Source: an uncultured Bdellovibrionales bacterium (GTDB lineage: Bacteria > Patescibacteriota > Minisyncoccia > Moranbacterales > UBA1568). Taken from it: a DNA stretch of 64,000 nt. The stretch is taken from NCBI GenBank assembly GCA_964436855.1, contig CAYTED010000007.1, forward strand, positions 16,779 to 80,778, written 5' to 3'. The notes under the pieces were generated by a model that was given only the letters and a program-made list of their open reading frames with translations, was not told the DNA's origin and ran no database searches. Made by a program: the position numbers and the translations under genes. Shown in pieces: positions 1-8,289 of this stretch. Each line of letters starts with the position of its first letter. Position 1 is the stretch's first letter.

Positions 1-377
1 TCATCCGCCGATATTTCCACCATCACCGTTTTCGGAAACCGATCCAGAAGTTCTCGAAGTGTTTTTTCCGCGCGCGCGGAACCGTATTCTTCAAGCGCCG
101 CCGATACCGCAACCATAAACGAAATCACCGCACCCACGAGCCACTCCCCAAGCCCCGCCGCGACAAAGAGCGTGAGCATCGCGATATAGTCAAGATTCCA
201 TTTCCCTCTTCGGATACGTTCAATCGACTCCCGGAGCAAGCGAACAAGCCCAACCGCAACGCTGACCTGCCAAAAAAATTCCCTGTCAAAAAACAACCCC
301 GCCACAAGAAAGCACAAAACCAGTGCCGGCAACACAAACGATCGATTCCAAAAAATTTCAAGCAATGCGAGTTTCAT
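1..377 (-). CDS. Heavy-metal-type (P1B) P-type ATPase, N-terminal fragment; start codon at 375-377, runs off window start
   Basis: Own translation of minus strand from ATG(377): MKLALLEIFWNRSFVLPALVLCFLVAG...LDYIAMLTLFVAAGLGEW...AALEEYGSARAEKTLRELLDRFPKTVMV; open to window edge. This TM1/TM2 plus ExxARxxxxxL segment is typical of P1B ATPases; not listed in ORF track because it is partial. Confidence 0.5.
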   Translation of the reverse strand, partial: MKLALLEIFWNRSFVLPALVLCFLVAGLFFDREFFWQVSVAVGLVRLLRESIERIRRGKWNLDYIAMLTLFVAAGLGEWLVGAVISFMVAVSAALEEYGSARAEKTLRELLDRFPKTVMVEISAD

Positions 378-422
378 TTTTTTGTTTCTTTGAGAGTCTG
401 CCCGAAAAGTCTCTTCTATTGT

Positions 423-448
423 ACCAAAAACCCCGACGAATGTCGGGG
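423..448 (-). terminator. Rho-independent terminator downstream of typA
   Basis: On minus strand: ccccgac-attc-gtcgggg hairpin (431-448) followed by tttttgg, ~50 nt after typA stop. Confidence 0.5.
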
Positions 449-499
449 CTTTCCATTTCTTCTGTCTGGTATCTGGTATCTACTATCCGTTATCCGATA

Positions 500-2287
500 T
501 TATTTTTTCCGCGCGTTTCGCGTGCGCTCCACTTCGGTCAAAAATTCTTTTCGCAAGCGAACCGACGCCGGTGTGATTTCAAGATACTCATCTTCGCCCA
601 TCGTTTCGAGTCCGCGTTCAATAGAGAGCTCCCACGGCGGCGTAAGTTTGATCGCATCGTCCGTTCCCGATGATCGCATATTGGTGAGCTGTTTTCCTTT
701 GATCGGATTTACCGCCATATCTTCGCCCTTCGCGGTATTCCCCAGCACCATTCCCTCATACACTTCCACTCCCGCTCCGATATAGAGAACGCCGCGCGTC
801 TGCAGATTATCAAGCGCGAACGCCGCGGTTTTTCCGGTCGCCATCGAAATCATCGATCCCGACTCGCGTTTCTTGATCTCTCCCGCATGCGGACGGAATC
901 CGATTACACGCGCGTAGAGCGTCCCCTCACCCTTGGTATCAATCGTAAATTCACCACGATACCCAAGGAGTCCGCGGGTCGGCACTTCGAAAAGCATTCG
1001 GACAAATCCGCCGTTTCCTTCTTTCATCTCCGTCATCATACCCTTTCGTTTGCCGAGTTTTTCGATCACCGTTCCCGACACCGCACTCGGACATTCAACC
1101 GTTACTTCTTCGAACGGTTCGGACTTCACGCCGTCAATATCTTTTACAATCACCTGCGGCTGTGATACCTGAATTTCATATCCTTCACGCCGCATGGTCT
1201 CGAGGAGTACCGCGATATGAAGTTCGCCGCGACCGTACACCTGATAGTATCCATCACAATCAAGATCGATTTTGAGCCCCACATTCACTTCGAGTTCTTT
1301 TTCGAGTCGTTCGCGAATTTGTTTGTTCGTGACGAATTTTCCTTCCCGTCCGGCAAACGGCGAATCATTGACAAGGAATCGCAGAGAAATCGTCGGCTCG
1401 TCGATCCCGATCGCGGGCAAAGTCTCCACGCTTGCATCATTCGTAATCGTATCGCCGATTTCCACTTCCGGAATTCCCGCGATCATCACAATATCCCCCG
1501 CCTCTATTTCCGGAGATTCCACTCGGTCGAGTCCCGAAAAAGAATACATCTTGACGATTTTCCCATTCACGGCCGTTCCGTTTTCCCGCTTCGCAACGAC
1601 TGTTTCGCCAACACGAACTTTTCCTTCGTATACCCGCGCGACCGCGAGCCGCCCAAGAAAATTATCGTACGCGAGATTGAACGGCTGTGCCCGAAACGGT
1701 TTTGTGAGATCGTGCGGCGCAGTCGGCACATGCGAGAGAATCGTATCAAGGAGCGGTGAAAGATCGCTCCATTCACCTTCAAGGGAGAGTTTCGTTTTTC
1801 CTTCGCGACCAATTGCGTACACAATCGGAAAATTGAGCTGCTCATCTGTCGCTCCAAGATCGAGGAAAAGTTCGTAAATCGCTTCCGCCGCTTCTTTCGG
1901 TTGCGCTGCTGGTTTATCGATCTTGTTCAATACGACAATCGGTTTCAAGCCGAGCTCAAGAGATTTTTTGAGTACAAATCGCGTCTGTGGCATCGGACCT
2001 TCCTGTGCATCTACCACGAGGAGTACACAGTCAATAGACCGAAGCACACGTTCTACTTCCGAACCGAAATCCGCGTGACCCGGTGTGTCCACAATATTCA
2101 CCTTCACGCCCTTGTATTCAAGCGATGCATTTTTCGCATAAATCGTAATTCCGCGCTCCTTCTCAAGCGCATTCGAATCCATAGAAAAACCCTCCGACAC
2201 AAAGCCGGTTTGTTTGAGGAGCGCATCCGTGAGTGTTGTCTTCCCGTGGTCAACGTGCGCAATAATGGCGATATTTCGAATGTCCAT
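500..2287 (-). CDS. typA: Translational GTPase TypA/BipA
   Basis: 595 aa; G1 motif AHVDHGKTTL, DTPGHADF, NKIDK; EF-G-like domain order, ~600 aa length and C-terminal region typical of BipA. Confidence 0.95.
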   Translation of the reverse strand: MDIRNIAIIAHVDHGKTTLTDALLKQTGFVSEGFSMDSNALEKERGITIYAKNASLEYKGVKVNIVDTPGHADFGSEVERVLRSIDCVLLVVDAQEGPMPQTRFVLKKSLELGLKPIVVLNKIDKPAAQPKEAAEAIYELFLDLGATDEQLNFPIVYAIGREGKTKLSLEGEWSDLSPLLDTILSHVPTAPHDLTKPFRAQPFNLAYDNFLGRLAVARVYEGKVRVGETVVAKRENGTAVNGKIVKMYSFSGLDRVESPEIEAGDIVMIAGIPEVEIGDTITNDASVETLPAIGIDEPTISLRFLVNDSPFAGREGKFVTNKQIRERLEKELEVNVGLKIDLDCDGYYQVYGRGELHIAVLLETMRREGYEIQVSQPQVIVKDIDGVKSEPFEEVTVECPSAVSGTVIEKLGKRKGMMTEMKEGNGGFVRMLFEVPTRGLLGYRGEFTIDTKGEGTLYARVIGFRPHAGEIKKRESGSMISMATGKTAAFALDNLQTRGVLYIGAGVEVYEGMVLGNTAKGEDMAVNPIKGKQLTNMRSSGTDDAIKLTPPWELSIERGLETMGEDEYLEITPASVRLRKEFLTEVERTRNARKK

Positions 2288-2551
2288 ATAGATTGAGAGA
2301 TACGAGATAAAAAGTAAGACTTATCGCGCCTCCCCTACTTTCCAAGAGGAGTGTACTTGCCGGCGAGACAGGAATTGGGAAGGGATTTTGAATCCGCCTT
2401 TTCCGCAAATCAAAAAGCGCTTCCCGCGCTCGATCATCAAAAAGTATTATAGGGAAAATTTCCGTTCTTGTCAAAACATGTTGCGAGAGAAAGCGGATGA
2501 CCCGCCAGCCTAGCAAAACCGCCATATGTGTGTACACATTACCTTTCAACA

Positions 2552-2580
2552 TTGACTTTTCCCTTTTTTTGGAGTATACT
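2552..2580 (+). promoter_or_regulatory. Near-consensus sigma70-like promoter (TTGACT - 17 nt - TATACT)
   Basis: ttgact at 2552-2557, tatact at 2575-2580, 17-nt spacer; would drive plus-strand transcription toward the small ORF at 2673. Confidence 0.4.
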
Positions 2581-2595
2581 GGGTATGTAACAGTG

Positions 2596-2636
2596 AAAAA
2601 CGGGTGGCGCACATTGCGCATATCCGTTTTTTCTTT
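2596..2636. terminator. Bidirectional hairpin with A-tract upstream and T-tract downstream (terminator/attenuator)
   Basis: aaaaacgg-gtggcgcacattgcgcatat-ccgttttttcttt; nested stem gcgca/tgcgc. Could terminate the minus-strand nrdDG transcript or act as an attenuator just after the plus promoter. Confidence 0.4.
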
Positions 2637-2672
2637 GTTATACTTAATCCGTAAGTCGTAAAACAAAACGCT

Positions 2673-2864
2673 ATGACCGAGGAAATCGTCAAGCAGGAGG
2701 GGGAGGAAGGTGTGTCGTCCGACGCAAGCTGCGGGGATCAAAACGGAGGAAGTTGTCCTCAATGCTCCGCACGAGAAGCGGAAGAGCATATGGCCTTTGC
2801 ATTCCTTCTCGCGCTGATGCCCGTCATCACGCTCACCCTTTTCGGCCAGGCAGGACTCTTGTAA
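2673..2864 (+). CDS. Small hypothetical protein (63 aa): acidic N-terminus, C-x8-CPQC motif, C-terminal hydrophobic helix
   Basis: ORF track: MTEEIVKQEGEEGVSSDASCGDQNGGSCPQCSAREAEEHMAFAFLLALMPVITLTLFGQAGLL. Flanked by promoter-like and terminator-like elements. No recognised family. Confidence 0.3.
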   Translation: MTEEIVKQEGEEGVSSDASCGDQNGGSCPQCSAREAEEHMAFAFLLALMPVITLTLFGQAGLL

Positions 2865-2897
2865 AAGAGTATTTATAAAACATCTGCCCGCCCCTCG

Positions 2898-2924
2898 CCT
2901 CCGACCCGTTTCGGAGGTTTTTTT
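2898..2924 (+). terminator. Rho-independent terminator (plus strand), T-tract overlapping nrdG stop
   Basis: cctccgac-ccgtt-tcggagg followed by ttttttt (2918-2924). Confidence 0.55.
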
Positions 2925-3840
2925 ATCCGCGAATTTCGGTGTGAATATTGTAGTTTGCAAGAATGGCTTTTATTTTTTCCAAATCCACTTTTTTTCCCTT
3001 CGCTTTATTTCGGACACTTGCATCAAATATATTGTCATCTCGAAATGGTTGAAGATAGTATCGTTTTGTTCCGCGAATCCACTCCCCGATCGCCCGGAAA
3101 TCTTCCTCTCTGTGAATCCCCGGAACAACCGTTGTTCGAAATTCATACGGAATCCCGCTTGCCTGAATCAACCGGACGCTTTCTTGTATTTTCTTCATAT
3201 CAACATCTACCCCCATTGCTTCGGCGTACTTCTCCGGCGTATGCTTGATATCCATCGCGACAAAGTCGGCGAGTTTTTGATCAAACACCTTCCGCAAGAT
3301 TTCCGGTCGCAAGCCATTCGAATCAAGCTTCACGAGAAATCCCATTTTTTTTATTTTCTTCAAGAACGGCAAGAGATCGGGTTGTACTGTCGGCTCCCCT
3401 CCCGTCACACAGACGCCGTCGAGCTTCCCCTTCCTTGTCTCAAGAAAATCGAAAAATGTTTTTTCATTTTCTCTCCCGAGCGCAATCATATGATCGTTTG
3501 GAATGATAAGGTCGGGATTGTGACAGAACGGACAACGGAAATTGCAACCAACCGTAAAAACGACCGTCGCTACTTTGCCGGGATAATCAATAAGCGTCAA
3601 TTTTTGGAAACCGCCGATGAGCACAGAATAGAGAATAAAGAATGGGGAATGAAGATTCTTCAAAGAAATCTTTGGGGCGACTTTTCGTCCGAAAGCAAGG
3701 TCTTTTTGCCTACAAAAAGTTTCGGACGAAACGTCAGTTTTTCGCGGCTGGGCGAAAAACGGCACCAAAGATTTATTTGAAGAAAAATCACCAAGGAGAG
3801 AAATCCCCGCGAAGGCGCGGGGACTTTCAATAACACTCAT
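2923..3840 (-). CDS. nrdG: Anaerobic ribonucleoside-triphosphate reductase activating protein (radical SAM)
   Basis: LIDYPGKVATVVFTVGCNFRCPFCHNPDL (CxxxCxxC radical-SAM cluster) and VCVTGGEPT. The ORF extends to 4080, but the first plausible start is ATG 3838-3840; the core domain begins near 3624, where an alternative GTG start is possible. Immediately downstream of the nrdD pieces. Confidence 0.85.
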   Translation of the reverse strand: MSVIESPRAFAGISLLGDFSSNKSLVPFFAQPRKTDVSSETFCRQKDLAFGRKVAPKISLKNLHSPFFILYSVLIGGFQKLTLIDYPGKVATVVFTVGCNFRCPFCHNPDLIIPNDHMIALGRENEKTFFDFLETRKGKLDGVCVTGGEPTVQPDLLPFLKKIKKMGFLVKLDSNGLRPEILRKVFDQKLADFVAMDIKHTPEKYAEAMGVDVDMKKIQESVRLIQASGIPYEFRTTVVPGIHREEDFRAIGEWIRGTKRYYLQPFRDDNIFDASVRNKAKGKKVDLEKIKAILANYNIHTEIRG

Positions 3841-3856
3841 TTCAAAGAAACACGCA

Positions 3857-4120
3857 TTAACATGCCGCGCACTCCGCGACCGCGTATTCGCGCCGATCAC
3901 CAAATTCCGCTTGCTTTCCCTTGTTCCACTGCGCGACCGGGCGAATGTACCCCACGACACGCGAGTATACTTCCATTTCCTGAAAATTTTTGAGTACCGG
4001 CTCCGCTTCGTGACACGAGCGACATTTCGCGTATTCCTTTCCATTCGCGCTATACGGCATATACTCCTCCCCGGAAACAAGAACCTTCTTGCAATCGTGA
4101 CAGCTTATTTTGTTTTGCAT
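3857..4120 (-). CDS. Stand-alone Zn-ribbon plus glycyl-radical domain of class III RNR (NrdD C-terminal domain as a separate ORF)
   Basis: 87 aa: CHDC-x22-CRSC Zn ribbon followed by RVVGYIRPV (RVxGY glycyl radical motif of NrdD) and WNKGKQAEFGDRREY. Same reading frame as the nrdD body, separated from it by one TAA and 19 codons. Confidence 0.75.
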   Translation of the reverse strand: MQNKISCHDCKKVLVSGEEYMPYSANGKEYAKCRSCHEAEPVLKNFQEMEVYSRVVGYIRPVAQWNKGKQAEFGDRREYAVAECAAC

Positions 4121-4177
4121 ACTTCTTTGTATCCCTTTCCGATCGCCGCCACCTCCCGGCTTCCGGAGCGGGTTTGA

Positions 4178-6421
4178 TTATGATGATTTTTTCTTGGAAA
4201 CGACTCCTCCGGTTTTTTTCCTGTCCGCCTTCGGAACGATCGCGTACTCCTTCGCTCCCTCCGCTACGCATTTCGGACAGAGATGGTGTTCGCCCGCGAT
4301 ATATCCGTGTGAGGGACAAATACTGAAGGTCGGCGTGAGTGTAAAATACGGCAGCGCGTAATTTTCGGAGATTTTTCGGACGAGATTTTTCGTCGCTTCC
4401 ACATCCCAGAGTCGCTCACCGAGAAATCCGTGGAGTACCGTCCCGCCCGTATACTTCGTCTGCAGTTTATCCTGAATATCAAGCGCTTCGAAAATATCGT
4501 CCGTGTAACCAACCGGGAGTTGCGAAGAATTCGTATAATACGGCTCCGCTTTCGCCGACCCCACCGACTCGTTATTCGCAAAAACAATATCGGTATACCG
4601 CTCACGATCAAGCCGCGCCAATCGATACGCCGTCCCTTCCGCTGGTGTCGCCTCAAGATTGTAAAGATTTCCCGTTTCTTTCTGATACCCCGTAATACGC
4701 TTTCGCATATATACGAGAATTTCTTCCGCGAGTTTCTGTCCCTCTTTGGTCGTAATACCTTTCTCAACAAGATTGAGAAGCGCTTCGTTCATCCCGACAA
4801 GACCAATCGTTGAGAAATGATTTGCCCAATATTCTCCGCGCCGCATTTTGATCGGAGCGAGATATGCCTTGGTATATGGATAGAGACCGCGATCCGTAAG
4901 TCCTTCGACGAGTTTCCGTTTGATCTCGAGACTTTCCTTCGCGAGATCCATCAGGTGATCGAGTCGCTTGAAAAACTCTTTCTTGTCTTTCGAGAGGTAT
5001 CCGAGTCGCGGAAGATTGATCGTTACAACACCAATTGATCCCGTAAGCGGATTCGCTCCGAAAAGTCCGCCGCCCCGCTTGTGAAGTTCTCTATTGTCGA
5101 GACGCAACCGACAGCACATCGAACGCGCGTCTTCCGGATCCATATCGGAATTCACGAAATTCGCGAAGTATGGGATACCGTATTTCGCCGTCATTTCCCA
5201 AATCGGCTGGAACCGATCATCGCCCCAATCGAAATCCTTTCCGATATTGTAGGTTGGAATCGGAAAGGTAAAGACCCGACCTTCGGCATCTCCCTCCATC
5301 ATCACTTCCGCAAACGCGCGATTAATCATATTCATTTCCTTTTGGAAATCGCCATAGGTTTCTTTTTGCGGCACTCCGCCGATCACGACCGCTTCTTTCG
5401 CCAGTGTTTTCGGAGGGACAATATCGAGCGTGATATTCGAAAACGGCGTCTGAAACCCGACGCGCGTCGATACATTCATATTGAACACAAAATTCTGAAT
5501 ATGCTGCTTGACTTCGGAAAAAGAGAGTTTGTCGAAACGAACAAATGGCGCGAGCAAAGTATCAAAATTTGAAAAAGCCTGCGCGCCAGCGACTTCTCCT
5601 TGCAAGGTGTAAATAAAATTCACCATTTGTCCGAGAATCGCCCCGAAATGTTTGGCGGGCCGACAGGACACCTTTCCGGGAACGCCATTGAAACCGCGAC
5701 GAATCAGGTCCTGCAAATCCCATCCGCAGCAGTACGCCGCCACAAGCTGCAAATCATGAATGTGAAAATCTCCTCCGTCATGCGCTTCCCTGATCTCCCG
5801 CGGATACACTCGATTCATCCAGTACCGCGAAGAAACGATCGAGGCGATGTAGTTGTTGAGCCCTTGAAGGGAATACGACATATTTGCATTCTCCTTCACC
5901 TTCCAGTCGCGCTCACCAATATATTTTTCCACCAAATCCGACGCGTCATCGAGCGACTTTTCCATCTCGCGAGTGCGCCTGCGTTGATCACGATACAAAA
6001 TATACCCCTTTGCCGTCTCTTCATAATCAAGCACCATGAGCACATGCTCGACCAAATCTTGGATATCTTCAATTTTCGGTACCGTACCGCGGTGTTTCTT
6101 CCACAGAAGAGTCGAGACTTTTCGCGCGACCTTTTCAGCGTCTCCTTTCGATCCTTCCCTCGTCGCAAGCAATGCTTTTTCAACCGCCTTTGCAATTTTT
6201 TGTTCGTCGAATCGCACGATTCGGCCGTCACGTTTTTCTACGCGCAGCGGCGACACCCCTCCGCTTGGGGCCGCTTTCTTTTTTTCCGTGGTCGAGACTT
6301 TTTTCACTCTCTTTCGCTTATCTTTTTTGGAGACTGTTTGTCTTTGTGTCGCCATATATACATGTCCTTTTCGGTGTGTTTTCGAGAGAAATATCTTGAC
6401 TCTTTTTTTCCTCTGTGTCAT
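4178..6421 (-). CDS. nrdD: Anaerobic ribonucleoside-triphosphate reductase (class III) catalytic body with ATP-cone; lacks the glycyl radical motif
   Basis: 747 aa; ATP cone LRVEKRDGRIVRFDEQKIAKAVEKA; class III core motifs; C-terminus CPSHGYIAGEHHLCPKC, then ends in TAA with no RVxGY motif. Real start may be Met23 (MATQRQ, AGGA 10 nt upstream, coordinate 6355). Confidence 0.9.
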   Translation of the reverse strand: MTQRKKRVKIFLSKTHRKGHVYMATQRQTVSKKDKRKRVKKVSTTEKKKAAPSGGVSPLRVEKRDGRIVRFDEQKIAKAVEKALLATREGSKGDAEKVARKVSTLLWKKHRGTVPKIEDIQDLVEHVLMVLDYEETAKGYILYRDQRRRTREMEKSLDDASDLVEKYIGERDWKVKENANMSYSLQGLNNYIASIVSSRYWMNRVYPREIREAHDGGDFHIHDLQLVAAYCCGWDLQDLIRRGFNGVPGKVSCRPAKHFGAILGQMVNFIYTLQGEVAGAQAFSNFDTLLAPFVRFDKLSFSEVKQHIQNFVFNMNVSTRVGFQTPFSNITLDIVPPKTLAKEAVVIGGVPQKETYGDFQKEMNMINRAFAEVMMEGDAEGRVFTFPIPTYNIGKDFDWGDDRFQPIWEMTAKYGIPYFANFVNSDMDPEDARSMCCRLRLDNRELHKRGGGLFGANPLTGSIGVVTINLPRLGYLSKDKKEFFKRLDHLMDLAKESLEIKRKLVEGLTDRGLYPYTKAYLAPIKMRRGEYWANHFSTIGLVGMNEALLNLVEKGITTKEGQKLAEEILVYMRKRITGYQKETGNLYNLEATPAEGTAYRLARLDRERYTDIVFANNESVGSAKAEPYYTNSSQLPVGYTDDIFEALDIQDKLQTKYTGGTVLHGFLGERLWDVEATKNLVRKISENYALPYFTLTPTFSICPSHGYIAGEHHLCPKCVAEGAKEYAIVPKADRKKTGGVVSKKKSS

Positions 6422-6437
6422 TCTTTTCTATCAAAAA

Positions 6438-6471
6438 ACACAACATATTGTGTTTATATGATATATTGTAG
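6438..6471 (-). promoter_or_regulatory. NrdR-box-like palindrome(s) upstream of nrdD
   Basis: acacaacatattgtgt (6438-6453) is a 16-bp palindrome matching the NrdR box consensus (acaCwAtATaTwGtgt). A weaker second box atatgatatattgtag lies at 6456-6471, overlapping the -10. Confidence 0.45.
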
Positions 6472-6492
6472 CACTAGTTCTTCTTCATGCAA
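6465..6492 (-). promoter_or_regulatory. Putative nrdD promoter (TTGCAT - 16 nt - TACAAT on minus strand)
   Basis: Plus strand atgcaa at 6487-6492 and attgta at 6465-6470, 16-nt spacer. NrdR-like boxes overlap the -10 and +1, the classic repression geometry. Confidence 0.45.
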
Positions 6493-6560
6493 GTTTGGCT
6501 TTTATTCCCGAAAAAGGACGTACCATGATACAATAAAACTATAATTTTGAAAGAAACTGT

Positions 6561-6986
6561 ATGGAATATCCACATTTTGAAGCAGTTGGCGACGGAGATG
6601 AATCTTCAAAAAATTCTCCATCCCTCGAAGGAAATAACTGGAAAGAAAAGATGAATCAAATCCCTTTTTTCTCTCGCGAAGATGGTCCATGGAGAGAAGA
6701 GATCATTCCGCGTGTCAATAAACTCATAGAAGGCGCTCAGCAGAATTTCCGGGAATCTCTTTCCGTTCATCCTCCGGCTCCTGATTTTGGGCGGGCATTT
6801 GATACCGACTCCGATCTTCGTCGAGCGGTGTATGAACGCTATCTTGGTCAAAAATGGGATCAACAACTCGCAAACGCCCAAGGAGAAGCCTACCAGCAAG
6901 CCTTTTCAACGATAGCAAGAAATGTGTTTGAGGTTTGGGACACATTTATAAAAAATGGTCTTCCTGAAAAACCACGCTTCAATTAA
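6561..6986 (+). CDS. Hypothetical protein (141 aa)
   Basis: Intact ORF followed by a bidirectional terminator; no recognisable motifs. Confidence 0.5.
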   Translation: MEYPHFEAVGDGDESSKNSPSLEGNNWKEKMNQIPFFSREDGPWREEIIPRVNKLIEGAQQNFRESLSVHPPAPDFGRAFDTDSDLRRAVYERYLGQKWDQQLANAQGEAYQQAFSTIARNVFEVWDTFIKNGLPEKPRFN

Positions 6987-7022
6987 AAAATACTACTTTC
7001 CTTCTTTGGAAAATATGTTTTG

Positions 7023-7058
7023 AAAAACGCGGCCATCCCTTTTGGATACCGCGTTTTT
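7023..7058. terminator. Bidirectional Rho-independent terminator
   Basis: aaaaacgcgg-ccatcccttttggata-ccgcgttttt; A-tract and T-tract flank a 6-bp GC-rich stem. Confidence 0.55.
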
Positions 7059-7449
7059 ACATTATTCCCTGCTTTCCTTTTTTTTGACAAGTAAGAGCGT
7101 GACAAATCCAGTCAGTAAGGATTATTCCTCTTAGGGCATCCTCCTCTGAAATACTCACCGAATACACTGCATACAAAAGTTCCGAAATTTTTCGGACAAC
7201 ATCGCAATGGGAATCCGCGAGATAGAGGTTACTGTAAACTGTCGCCGGACGCACTGGTTGTGTCGCTGCTTGTATCGCTGCTTGTATCGCTATATTTTTC
7301 ATATTCGAAGGAGAAATGTCCTCTTCATTGTCTCCGAATACACGAAGCAGCACTTGCCGCACTTTTTCCGAAAGATCTATCTCTTGCACTAAGTATCGAA
7401 TATGCGGAATGGTGTCCGCTTCTCCTTCCATTTCAATCATCATTTTCAT
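7057..7449 (-). CDS. Hypothetical protein (130 aa)
   Basis: ORF ending at the bidirectional terminator; no recognisable motifs. Confidence 0.45.
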   Translation of the reverse strand: MKMMIEMEGEADTIPHIRYLVQEIDLSEKVRQVLLRVFGDNEEDISPSNMKNIAIQAAIQAATQPVRPATVYSNLYLADSHCDVVRKISELLYAVYSVSISEEDALRGIILTDWICHALTCQKKGKQGIM

Positions 7450-7542
7450 TTTCTTCCCTTGGCAAAGAACAGAAAGAACACTTTGACATTTTTACTTCAA
7501 GAAGTCAATAGGGTTCTGACTTGGTCAGCAGATTTTCTGGGT

Positions 7543-8289
7543 TTATTCCTCAACAATCGTTACCGACTCGATGGTTACGGGATTGACCGGACGTGACCCT
7601 TCCCCGCCCGACTCGGTCGGTGCGGATGCAATGGTATCGACGGTTTCGATCCCTGAAAGTACCTCGCCGAAAATCACGTAGTTTTTCGGAAGCGGATAAT
7701 CCGCGTGCATGATGAAGAACTGGCTTCCATTGGTATCAGGTCCGGCATTGGCCATGGCGATTGTTCCACGTTTGTACTCTCCGGTGAATGGCTCATCAGG
7801 AAAACGATATCCCGGGCCGCCACTCCCTGTGCCTGTCGGGTCCCCTCCCTGGATCATAAACCCCGGGATGGTTCGATGAAAAATCACTCCGTTATAAAAA
7901 CCTTCCCGCGCAAGAAACACAAAATTATTCACTGTTTTCGGAGTATCTTTCGCGTTCAATGCGAGAGTCATTTCTCCTACTGAAGTTTTTACTGTCGCGG
8001 TGTACTTTTTTTCCGGATCAATATTCATCGCCGGATACGTTGGATATTGTTTGACATCTTTCATAGTGGTTTCATTCTTTTTTACTGGTTGATTTTTTAC
8101 TGACGATCGCTCGAGCGAAGATTCGCCCTTGTTTTGTTGCGTGGCGACATTCTCTTTTGACGCTTCTTTTGAAAAAGAGAGCTCCAGACCTTTCTCGGGC
8201 GCCTGACGAACTGCCTCATTGGCACACCCGGAAAGAAACACTACGGCGACGAGAAGCACTCCCCCTTTGATTCCTTGTTGTAGGCTCAT
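7543..8289 (-). CDS. Cyclophilin-type peptidyl-prolyl cis-trans isomerase, lipoprotein signal
   Basis: N-terminus [24 protein letters not shown] (lipobox LSGC); cyclophilin core [25 protein letters not shown]...[19 protein letters not shown]. Confidence 0.9.
   Translation of the reverse strand: MSLQQGIKGGVLLVAVVFLSGCANEAVRQAPEKGLELSFSKEASKENVATQQNKGESSLERSSVKNQPVKKNETTMKDVKQYPTYPAMNIDPEKKYTATVKTSVGEMTLALNAKDTPKTVNNFVFLAREGFYNGVIFHRTIPGFMIQGGDPTGTGSGGPGYRFPDEPFTGEYKRGTIAMANAGPDTNGSQFFIMHADYPLPKNYVIFGEVLSGIETVDTIASAPTESGGEGSRPVNPVTIESVTIVEE

Noticed and set aside
323-2296. Plus-strand ORFs from the track (323..673, 390..785, 887..1165, 1217..1759, 1272..1877, 1901..2296) and minus-strand 1567..1857
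   Set aside because: All lie inside or antisense to the confidently identified typA CDS. They are low-complexity (Arg/Ser-rich), have no motifs, and are typical shadow ORFs.
2250-2960. 236-aa minus-strand ORF spanning the typA-nrdG intergenic region
   Set aside because: It would run through a bidirectional terminator, the promoter-like element and the small plus-strand ORF. Composition is Arg/Cys-rich with no domain; judged artefact.
4175-4180. Possibility that the nrdD interruption reflects UGA-to-Gly recoding (genetic code 25 of some CPR lineages)
   Set aside because: The interrupting stop is TAA, not TGA, and other long genes read through cleanly with standard stops. Standard code retained; the split is treated as real or a mutation.
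4050-6544. Track ORFs antisense or out of frame to nrdD (4050..4319, 4264..4770, 4430..4813, 5081..5572, 5600..6544, 5896..6231, 6036..6461, etc.)
   Set aside because: Shadow ORFs of the long nrdD gene; Arg-rich, no motifs.
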